Of a stretch of 64,000 nucleotides of DNA, positions 6,966 to 15,118 are shown one piece after another. Source of the stretch: Capsulimonadaceae bacterium. Lineage in GTDB: Bacteria > Armatimonadota > Armatimonadia > Armatimonadales > Capsulimonadaceae. The translations under genes were made by a program, and so were the position numbers. The notes under the pieces are model-generated. The model searched no databases and had not been told where the DNA came from. It saw only the letters and a list, made by a program, of their open reading frames with translations. How positions within the stretch are numbered: the stretch's first letter is position 1; each line of letters starts with the position of its first letter. The stretch is taken from positions 70,443 through 134,442 of the forward strand of contig CBDCAE010000005.1 in NCBI GenBank assembly GCA_965213825.1, in the 5' to 3' direction.

Positions 6966-9870
6966 CGTATCGACCGTTCTGCAGATTGTAAAGAGTGCTT
7001 TCGGCGGTATGGTGGCAGGACCCACAACTTTAGGTAGAAACCTGGAATTTTTTTCCAGCCAACTTTTGCCCGGCGAGACGTTGACGACGCAGAAGTTAAT
7101 CGATTGGCTCAGGCTTGAAGATGCAAATGATCCCATAAAAGCCGTAGTGAAAAGGCAACTTCAACAATGGGATTTTGAGGGTCATTTGGCGTGGATAGCC
7201 GACACCCTCAAAAACTCGAACAAGCGCAGGCAGCATATATACGACAGTCTTGGAATTGAAGGAGAAGATCGTAATTTCATGGATGATGTATTCCCGCCAT
7301 ACATCATGATCGAGCCTGTTGTCGTCATCGCTGAGGAGCATGAACCATGGTACCAATTATCTGCATCAAGACAAGAGTTCTATTGGAACGCTTATTGCAA
7401 GCAACTTCGGGAAGTAGCAGGTTGGTCTGAGGAAAGTGTACAGGTACTGGCTGATAGCACCGAGAAAGTAGTCGAGCGTATATCAAATCCGGAGCGTGCT
7501 GAAGCCTACCAGGCGAAAGGATTAGTTATCGGCTATGTTCAGAGTGGAAAAACCGCTAACTTCACAGGCGTAATTGCCCGCGCCGCTGATGCTGGCTACA
7601 GGCTGATCATTGTCCTTGCCGGAACCACCAACAATCTTCGCCAGCAAACACAGCGTCGTATTGATAAAGAGTTGGTCGGGATAGAGTTTCTTGAACACGA
7701 ATATGCAAATGATGATGACTATAGCGCGTTTCTGAGTCATGGAACATTGCCCTCGACGATGGGCGCGTTTGATTGGCAACGCCTCACCGGGCCAAACGAG
7801 GATTATCAGGCACTGCGTCAAGGTATCGAGTCGCTTAATTTTCCACGCTTTGATCCGTCACTTCCGTTTTATCATTCCGTCAATCTGCAACATGCAACCG
7901 CACGGATTATGGTGGTGAAGAAGAGCCCAGCAATTTTGAAGAAGGTTGCAGCGGACCTGAAACGGATCAAGGAGCAGAAAAAGGTGCGGATTGGAGATAT
8001 ACCTGCTCTGATTATTGATGATGAATCTGATCAGGCATCAGTAGACACCACCAAACCAAGTCCTCAGCAACGAAAAAAGCGAACGGCTACTAACAGAGCC
8101 ATAGTTGGTCTTTTGGAAGAACTGCCTAGGGCGCAGTATATAGGCTATACTGCTACGCCGTTCGCAAATGTCTTTATCAATCCTGAAGATGCTGCTGATC
8201 TTTTTCCAAAAGATTTTCTTGTTCCACTTCCGCGTCCGAAGGGATACATGGGAGCCAATGATTTCCACGATCTTGAAGCCGAAATTCCTGAAGGGTATCT
8301 ATCAAATGAACGTGCGTTTGTACGCCCTGTCACCGGATCGGATGAGCAGCCAGAAAATCTGCAAAAAGCACTGGACGCCTACGTCCTTTCCGGTGCCATC
8401 AAACTATTTCGCGAGAAGCATGTCCCACAGATCAGGTTCAAGCATCACACTATGCTCGTCCACCACTCGCAGAGCACTGAGACACATGAAACCGTTGCGA
8501 GGACAGTTGATCGCTTGCTAGAAAACTCTGGATACGATGCGGGGGCTGGTCTTCAGCGTCTTCAAAGCCTGTGGACGAATGATTTTCTTCCGATAAGTAA
8601 TGAACGTGAGACTCCTTGGCCTCTCCCGTCAACATTCTCCGAGTTACTGCCGTTTTTAGGGGAATGTCTTCATCGGTTACGTAGTGGTGGTAGATCAGTA
8701 ATTGTGGTCAATGGCGATCATGATGCTCCCGATTTCGACCGGGATCGAATATGGAAAATTCTAGTGGGCGGTGTCAAGTTATCACGCGGTTACACGGTCG
8801 AGGGACTTACAGTTAGTTATTACCGTAGAGTTACGCGTTCTGCGGACACCTTGATGCAGATGGGCAGATGGTTCGGGTTTCGCGAAGGTTATCAGGATCT
8901 AGTCCGCCTGTTCATAGGCACAAATGAGCCTTTAACAAGATACAAAAAAACTAATCTATTCAAAGCATTTGAGGCAGTCTGCCGTGACGAGATGGAATTT
9001 CGTACCGAATTGCAGCGTTACGCGATGCCTAGTGATGGCTCAAAACCTGTAACACCTATGCAGGTGCCTCCTCTCGTGCCTGCCCACCTATTACAACCGA
9101 CGGCAACGAACAAGATGTATAATGCTGTCATCAAGTCACAGAACTTTGGTGGTAAGAATATACAATCGACCTTGGCTCCCTTCAGGGACGAAGACGTGCT
9201 TCACAATGAGACGGCGATGAAGTCACTGCTTCAGAACCGCACATTGAAGATACGATCGCTGAAGGTTAAGACAGAAAAGGAAGCGCTTCAGAACTCTTCC
9301 TTTGTCACAGAAATAGAACCAGATGCGATAATCGAGTTCCTCAAAACATATCGCTGGCTTAACCTTAAGCAAAATTTAGCGTTGCAATTAGAGTTTCTCG
9401 CCGGAAAACATGGCGATCCTGAAATAGACCGCTGGCTTTTCATCGCACCAATAGCAGACACAGACAGAACTTGGACGGTTAATGATGCTGATCTGAATGT
9501 TGTAGAGCGTTCCAGGACAGAGACACCAACAGGAAGATACGGAGTTTATACCACATCGAGAGATGTAGACATTGCCAGACCGCTGGTTGGTCGGCATGGA
9601 GCCACTGAATTTAGTGACGATCTTCAAGAGTTAATTCGCCCGAAACAGGCAGTTCTTCTGTTCTACCCGGTGCGGGACCGCAACGATCCAGAATATGTCA
9701 AAACCGCTGAAGGCCCGAGGGCTTTTGTGACTATGGGTTTCGCACTCATGTTACCAGAAAACAGTATTAAGTCGAAAATAAAATTTGGCGTCAGAGACAG
9801 TAAAAGAAAAGATGAAGTTGTCGTTGAAACAGATGGTCTTCGGGAAGATCTGATAACTGACATTGTTTAG
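6952..9870 (+). CDS. Z1-domain P-loop NTPase (SF2-like)
   Basis: Walker A GYVQSGKTANF, Walker B-like ALIIDDESDQAS, GYTATPFAN, KLSRGYTVEGLTVSYY and LMQMGRWFGFREGY (Z1 hallmark). The longest ORF starts at 6883. TTG 6952, preceded by GGAGG (6942-6946), is the more likely start. Confidence 0.85.
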   Translation: MSNFNVSTVLQIVKSAFGGMVAGPTTLGRNLEFFSSQLLPGETLTTQKLIDWLRLEDANDPIKAVVKRQLQQWDFEGHLAWIADTLKNSNKRRQHIYDSLGIEGEDRNFMDDVFPPYIMIEPVVVIAEEHEPWYQLSASRQEFYWNAYCKQLREVAGWSEESVQVLADSTEKVVERISNPERAEAYQAKGLVIGYVQSGKTANFTGVIARAADAGYRLIIVLAGTTNNLRQQTQRRIDKELVGIEFLEHEYANDDDYSAFLSHGTLPSTMGAFDWQRLTGPNEDYQALRQGIESLNFPRFDPSLPFYHSVNLQHATARIMVVKKSPAILKKVAADLKRIKEQKKVRIGDIPALIIDDESDQASVDTTKPSPQQRKKRTATNRAIVGLLEELPRAQYIGYTATPFANVFINPEDAADLFPKDFLVPLPRPKGYMGANDFHDLEAEIPEGYLSNERAFVRPVTGSDEQPENLQKALDAYVLSGAIKLFREKHVPQIRFKHHTMLVHHSQSTETHETVARTVDRLLENSGYDAGAGLQRLQSLWTNDFLPISNERETPWPLPSTFSELLPFLGECLHRLRSGGRSVIVVNGDHDAPDFDRDRIWKILVGGVKLSRGYTVEGLTVSYYRRVTRSADTLMQMGRWFGFREGYQDLVRLFIGTNEPLTRYKKTNLFKAFEAVCRDEMEFRTELQRYAMPSDGSKPVTPMQVPPLVPAHLLQPTATNKMYNAVIKSQNFGGKNIQSTLAPFRDEDVLHNETAMKSLLQNRTLKIRSLKVKTEKEALQNSSFVTEIEPDAIIEFLKTYRWLNLKQNLALQLEFLAGKHGDPEIDRWLFIAPIADTDRTWTVNDADLNVVERSRTETPTGRYGVYTTSRDVDIARPLVGRHGATEFSDDLQELIRPKQAVLLFYPVRDRNDPEYVKTAEGPRAFVTMGFALMLPENSIKSKIKFGVRDSKRKDEVVVETDGLREDLITDIV

Positions 9871-9874
9871 CAGG

Positions 9875-10576
9875 TCAACGACCAGAATCGCTTTTCCTCT
9901 GGTTCTCACTCTGTGGTTGAATCAGGGCAAAGTAGGCGCAACGATTATCGACAGCAAAAGAACATAAGTTGCATCGGGGGCGAAGCGCAGTACAAACTTT
10001 CGCACCGAAATCCAGGACCGCATAGTGGTAACTCACTGGGTCTGGTGAATACACAACGGCCTGGATTGCTCTTTTTACGTCTGAGCGCCGACGCGCCTCA
10101 CCCTGAATCTTGAGACCGAATATTCTGCCTACAACTCGGACAATATTTGTATCAACCAGAGCGATGTTTTGCCCATCGGCGAAACAACTAATGGCAGCAC
10201 TGGAGTAGTCGCCAATTCCGGGCAATGCTTTAAGTTTCTCCGCGTCAACTGGTAGTTCTCCTCCATATTGGCTGGAAGCCTCTTTAACAAAGTTGACGAA
10301 TTTCTCTGCACGCCATGCTAATCCCAGTGACAACAGCATCCTTTTAACTTCAACAGGATCACCTTCTTTGGCATCGTTTAGAGTTGGATATTTCTTAACG
10401 AAGTCTCGATATACAGGCATGACTTGATCGGCTTTGGTCCTTTGCAACATGAACTCAGATACGGCCACACGATATGGTGTTCTGTTTGTCCTCCAGGGGT
10501 AGTCTCTCTTTCCTTCTTGCCACCAGTCAAGAAGAAGTTTCTGATACAAATAGATGTTTTCTCTGCTTTGATCCAT
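9875..10576 (-). CDS. HhH-GPD / [4Fe-4S] DNA glycosylase of the MutY/Mig type (short form, no NUDIX domain)
   Basis: DYPWRTNRTPYRVAVSEFMLQRTKADQV, LKALPGIGDYSSAAI (HhH), LVDTNIVRVVGR (catalytic Asp position), and C-terminal Cys cluster CTALRPRCNLCSFAVDNRC. ATG 10576 (MDQSRENIY...) overlaps the MTase 3' end by 50 nt. Confidence 0.8.
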   Translation of the reverse strand: MDQSRENIYLYQKLLLDWWQEGKRDYPWRTNRTPYRVAVSEFMLQRTKADQVMPVYRDFVKKYPTLNDAKEGDPVEVKRMLLSLGLAWRAEKFVNFVKEASSQYGGELPVDAEKLKALPGIGDYSSAAISCFADGQNIALVDTNIVRVVGRIFGLKIQGEARRRSDVKRAIQAVVYSPDPVSYHYAVLDFGAKVCTALRPRCNLCSFAVDNRCAYFALIQPQSENQRKSDSGR

Positions 10577-12167
10577 GAATTGTTTCCATGAGATTGTAAA
10601 CAATCTCTGCAATTTGCGATGCGAGCAAAGGGGGAACAGCATTACCAACCTGCTTGTATTGCTGTGTTCGCGATCCCTCGAAGAAGTAATTATCCGGAAA
10701 CGTCTGTAAACGTGCTGCCTCTCTTACCGTCATGCTTCGGCACTGGAGCGGATCGTAGTGTATTGTGTAATGACCATCCTTAGACATATGTGAGACAATA
10801 GTTGTGGATGGCCTTTGCTCAACTTGCACTCGAAAACGATCATCAAAATGGTCAGCAGAAGCGTCTAGAGCCACGTTCTTATGGTTAGGACGCAACGCTT
10901 TTGGAAAATTAGCCATTTTTGGTGAGGACTTGTAGACTTGAGCGAAACAGGCCGCAAAAAGATACCGGTGAAGATCCTCAGCGATATGTGAACGGGCAGT
11001 GTGATTGTAGACGCCTCCGAGACGCATGTCTTCAAACCAATCGGCTCGATAAGATACTTGTGGCTCCCACGGAACGAACTCGCCGCCTGTTGACAATCCC
11101 GCAGGAATAGTGTTAGCAGCATTTTCAATTGTGCATCTGAGATTTTCGATAAATAGGTCTTCGTCGGATTCTGCCAACTGAGCAAACCACGGCTGATCAA
11201 GAATACGTCGTATTGCCGCCCTCCATTCATCATCATTGTCTTCTTGTCGTGAAAGACGACTACGAAGTTTTGGCAGATCGCGCAGAACCCTGCCGGCAGC
11301 AACACGAGAACCATACTTTGTAAGCCCACCAGGAGTTGCGCCTAAATCCTTTCTAACGCCCAGCAGAATAACCCGATGTCGCGCTTGAGGAATGCCATAA
11401 TCTTCAGCCTTGATGATGAAATCAGTAGGCTGAAGATCATTGGGAGACGCCCGATCCATTACAAGCGAAAAAATTTCGTATTCTGTTTTCTTGTCCAGAG
11501 AAATCCCAGGTATTGTGGTTGTCGGTTCATCTGGTCTTAGAAGAGCAACAACTGGCTGTTTTAGGTCTGCAATGATTCTCTCGAATATTGGTTTGCCATC
11601 AACTGTCGCGGATAATATTCCAGTCACATTTTCCATAACGAACACAGAAGGCTGGAAGCGGGCAATAATTCGAAGGTACTCTCGATAAAGAAAATGTCTA
11701 TGGTCTTTGGCGAACTTTTCCGGGTTGCCCGAGCGCATTCTTGACCGTCCTATTGTTGAGTACGCCTGACAGGGGGGGCCGCCGATGAGAACCCAGTCCT
11801 TGTTGGGACTGATCTCTAACCTTCTTTCAATCCAGTGATTGATATTATCATCATCATCGGACCCAAGTTCTGCCAACCTCGCCTCTGTGCGTGAAGCCCT
11901 TGCCTGCACAGGGAACCGATCGAACAGTTCGGCTCTTGAAATTTCGCCTCGCAGATATTTGTAATAATCCGCAGGAACATCCAGGTAGACAAATTGCCGA
12001 TAGAAACTTCGCAGTTCAAGTGTCCGATGTGCATGAGCATCTTTTTCTACCGAAAGTTGAATCTTAAACGATGGGCGTCTGCTTCCGTTCCTCCGATAAC
12101 TCGCGAAACCTTCACCAAGCCCTCCCGGGCCAGCAAAAAGATCTATAACAGGAATGGACGTTCGCAT
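10527..12167 (-). CDS. DNA (cytosine-5)-methyltransferase
   Basis: Motif I VIDLFAGPGGLGEGF, IV GGPPCQAYS, VI VFVMENVTG, VIII PQARHRVILLGV, IX/X RLQTFPDNYFF ... QVGNAVPPLLA. Long variable region between VIII and IX. Confidence 0.95.
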   Translation of the reverse strand: MRTSIPVIDLFAGPGGLGEGFASYRRNGSRRPSFKIQLSVEKDAHAHRTLELRSFYRQFVYLDVPADYYKYLRGEISRAELFDRFPVQARASRTEARLAELGSDDDDNINHWIERRLEISPNKDWVLIGGPPCQAYSTIGRSRMRSGNPEKFAKDHRHFLYREYLRIIARFQPSVFVMENVTGILSATVDGKPIFERIIADLKQPVVALLRPDEPTTTIPGISLDKKTEYEIFSLVMDRASPNDLQPTDFIIKAEDYGIPQARHRVILLGVRKDLGATPGGLTKYGSRVAAGRVLRDLPKLRSRLSRQEDNDDEWRAAIRRILDQPWFAQLAESDEDLFIENLRCTIENAANTIPAGLSTGGEFVPWEPQVSYRADWFEDMRLGGVYNHTARSHIAEDLHRYLFAACFAQVYKSSPKMANFPKALRPNHKNVALDASADHFDDRFRVQVEQRPSTTIVSHMSKDGHYTIHYDPLQCRSMTVREAARLQTFPDNYFFEGSRTQQYKQVGNAVPPLLASQIAEIVYNLMETIHGSKQRKHLFVSETSS

Positions 12168-12619
12168 AAGTTGAAATTATTTTCTCCAGGCATGAATGAC
12201 ACACGAGGGCAGTAGTTTTTACCAATGCTTAGAATGGAGCATTAACGAAAGAACTTTCTTTGCTCCCACCAGTATTAGTCTCAAGGTGCTACCTGGTTTT
12301 GTTCGACAGTGTTGAAAATTATATTGGAGTTGTTGCAGCCAACAAATATGCTAGTCTTGAACCAGCATCCTGATTTATGATTCTGTCACGCCGTCTTTAG
12401 TCATAAATGCGTACAGCCGTCATATTTTGTATCGGGCTTTTCAGACGATGAGGTACGAAACAGGATGATCTTCTGAAGTATCCATGTCTATTATCTCAGA
12501 GGGAAGTCCATCCTTCTGTTTGTCGATCAGGCCAGTCAGTTCTGTCGCTGGTGTCACAGTAATGCCGCCGACAATGCTGTTCTCCCACTCCTCTACCGAT
12601 TTCTCATCGGTTCGTTAAA

Positions 12620-12641
12620 GACCGTCTATTCTGAGACGGTC
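12620..12641. other. Perfect 8-bp hairpin GACCGTCT-ATTCTG-AGACGGTC in a gene-free AT-rich spacer
   Basis: Read directly. No U-tract follows. Confidence 0.3.
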
Positions 12642-13106
12642 CATCAGGCTGACACACGAAAAAAGCCTTCTATGTCAACTTGTTTTGTTCCTTGTCAGCA
12701 ATCGGCTACCTCCGCGTCGATCCACTTAGCAAAGGAAAAATTGGTGCTATGGAAATATCTATTATACATCACTACCACAAGTTTCAAGCACAAAACAGAT
12801 GTTGTGGCCTACTACTCCGTTGAAGTTTCGGGTGTCGCCACTCGCACCCGTGTCATGGTCATTATCGGCATACATATGATGCCCGATACCGTTATGTAGT
12901 TTTGGCTAAATCTTGCGTCGACAAAGCCAGCACCCTGCAACGCTGGAAAAGCACGGGTCTCAACAGACAGTCACTTCCTTTTTCACTTCTCGTCTTCAAC
13001 CCGGAACCGGGTCTTCATCTTTCGCTCTGTTCGCAACCTTGGCTGGTTCCCTTGCTATGTTCACTATTTCGTTACACGCCTGTTACAAACTCAACAGCCA
13101 GCAACT

Positions 13107-13556
13107 TTAAGGCGTAGAAATCTTGCGCCGCGCCGCATCCAGAACTTTCTCAATCTGCGTCCCTGTCAGACTACAGTTCGTGCACACAAGGCGAAGTTCC
13201 TGAAAGAATCCCTCAGACAACCCAAGCGGCTCGGCTCCGGCTTCGCCTGTATGTCGGGCCAGAAGTATGCCTGGCTCCACGGCAATGATCTCCTCGATCG
13301 CAGGTTCTGTGGCCTTGAAGTCGCAGAGCCAGCCGACAATTGCAATGCCCTCCGGCGAGGCTCCCAACGTGCCATCAATGAGATGGCTCACGAGGACCTC
13401 CAGTGGGTTTTCGACGATAGGTGTTACGCTCAAAGATTTACTCCTGGCAAGTTTGGTTCCACTCGCGTAGGTTCGCCAGTTGAAGAGCGCAATCCTGCCG
13501 CGTTCATCCCTCCATCTTTCGGGCTGGGCAGGTGTTTTTGAGCGGGCAAAAGACAC
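13107..13556 (-). CDS. Hypothetical protein
   Basis: 149-aa ORF with a GTG start overlapping the upstream gene by 53 nt. No recognisable motifs. Confidence 0.4.
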   Translation of the reverse strand: MSFARSKTPAQPERWRDERGRIALFNWRTYASGTKLARSKSLSVTPIVENPLEVLVSHLIDGTLGASPEGIAIVGWLCDFKATEPAIEEIIAVEPGILLARHTGEAGAEPLGLSEGFFQELRLVCTNCSLTGTQIEKVLDAARRKISTP

Positions 13557-14295
13557 AACCTTCGCCGGGATTGGGCTGATGCTTCTTATCGGTAAGGGTT
13601 TTGACCGCCGCGTTCATCAGAACAGCATGAATACCTTTAAGGTCGCGGTCTTCAACTCTTTCCATTGTGACCCGGCCGTCAGCAACAAACAGAAACTCTA
13701 CGCAAAAGCGCTTGAAGCCAAGGTCCTTGTACTCACGTTTCGCCAATGCCAACTGGATGTACACCTTACGCAAATCAATACCTGGCGGGTCTTCCCCAAT
13801 AGTAGTTTTGATTTCGCGGACACAGAGCCGATCCGGCTCTGAGGCTCGGACCAACGTCTGATCCAGACGGCAGGAAAATAATCCGATGACTTCACTCTCG
13901 TGCCAGATTGGTCCTTCGAGCGGCAGTTCTAAATCTAAAATGCCGGCTACGGCTTCGGGATCGGACTCATCGTTTCCAATGATCGCGCAAACCGAGGAGA
14001 TAACACGTTGCGTCGCGTCCCTCTTATCGACGCCTTCCGGCCAGCGGCCCTTGAAAACGGCAGTACGCGCCCAGGCTTCCAGGTGATCAACGCAGGGCCG
14101 ATCGCCAACCCGATTTTGGTAGGCCAACTTCAGAGTTTCGTGAGTAGCAATGCCATGCGAAACTGACTCGGCTCGGGGCCTGCTCGGCCACAACTTCTTG
14201 TTGCGGAGAGTGTCCCACCGGTAACCACATTCAGTATCGGCGAGGGCCGATGGTGTAATACGAGGCAATTCCGCGAAACGGGCGGTGTCGAGCAT
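13504..14295 (-). CDS. Cas4/RecB-like PD-(D/E)xK exonuclease with Fe-S cysteines
   Basis: N-terminal Cys (DTECGYRW), ILDLELPLEG, CVREIKTT (ExK), YIQLALAKREY, C-terminal CVFCPLKNTC. Confidence 0.7.
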   Translation of the reverse strand: MLDTARFAELPRITPSALADTECGYRWDTLRNKKLWPSRPRAESVSHGIATHETLKLAYQNRVGDRPCVDHLEAWARTAVFKGRWPEGVDKRDATQRVISSVCAIIGNDESDPEAVAGILDLELPLEGPIWHESEVIGLFSCRLDQTLVRASEPDRLCVREIKTTIGEDPPGIDLRKVYIQLALAKREYKDLGFKRFCVEFLFVADGRVTMERVEDRDLKGIHAVLMNAAVKTLTDKKHQPNPGEGCVFCPLKNTCPARKMEG

Positions 14296-14458
14296 CTTAC
14301 GTCTCCGGGCGGGGATGCGTCCCGATACGGCTGGGTCGCTCGAAGGCAGTGTACCCTAAAAATCATCAAAACGATGATTTATTATGAAACGGGGCCTCAG
14401 ATTTTTTACAAACTATTGTTCGCTTGTTAAAGTCAGTTTGTAGCGGTATTCTGTCCCT

Positions 14459-14704
14459 ATGCCAGACCAGCCGCTTGATACTGCTGCAGGAGATCCCGAA
14501 AACCCAAACTACATCGGCACGAGAGAAGCGGCCTTGATCCTGGGTGTCAGCGAGATCACTGTCCGATCTGCAATCAATGAAGGCAGGCTACCATTCCGGT
14601 TGGCATACGGCCACAAGGTCGTTTCGCGTGCCGCACTCGAAGAATACCGCGCCCGAACACAACCCGACGGTCAGCCCAAGCGCGGCCGACCGAAAAGCAA
14701 ATAA
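14459..14704 (+). CDS. xis: Excisionase-family helix-turn-helix DNA-binding protein
   Basis: IGTREAALILGVSEITVRSAINEGRLPF, followed by a basic tail. Confidence 0.7.
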   Translation: MPDQPLDTAAGDPENPNYIGTREAALILGVSEITVRSAINEGRLPFRLAYGHKVVSRAALEEYRARTQPDGQPKRGRPKSK

Positions 14705-14740
14705 ACTCACCCACGTCGTAAAGTTCCGACGTGGGTGAGT
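14705..14740 (+). terminator. Perfect 14-bp hairpin right after the xis-like stop (no clear U-tract)
   Basis: ACTCACCCACGTCG-taaagttc-CGACGTGGGTGAGT. Confidence 0.45.
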
Positions 14741-15118
14741 TCACTGGTTGAAGAGCAACATTGGTGCGGCGTCACATGGTCACTCTCAGCCGTTGCATTC
14801 CGGGTGGCCGCCGGGGCGTGGTTCTGATCAATGAGGGTGGAAACAAGTTGTTAGCCTCAGTGGCTTTCCCCGCTCCCGGCTCTCGCCGGCAACTTCTGGC
14901 GCCCTGGCCGGAAATGAAACCACTGAAATATGAGCCTTGATACCAAAAGCGGCGGGTTATCCGTCTGATACAGAGGGACACTCTTCCAGGCATTCAGCCG
15001 TAAATGGCTGCCGAAGATTAGACGCCGTTTGTCAATCATTATACCAACAATCCCAAGGCGAGAAGTATTTCGCCTTGGGATTGTCATCTCCTGGCCTGCA
15101 CCCTGCAGTGCTGCGACT

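Noticed and set aside
13090-13112. A possible distal att site for the tRNA-Thr element. AACTTTAAGGCG resembles AACTTGTTAAGCCG, which flanks the tRNA 3' end.
   Set aside because: The similarity is about 11 of 14 with a gap. It does not continue into the tRNA-derived sequence, and it lies inside the coding end of ORF 13107-13556.
12672-13117. ORFs 12672-12899, 12902-13117 and 12913-13110 in the AT-rich spacer.
   Set aside because: They are short, mutually overlapping, of low-complexity composition, and have no start context.
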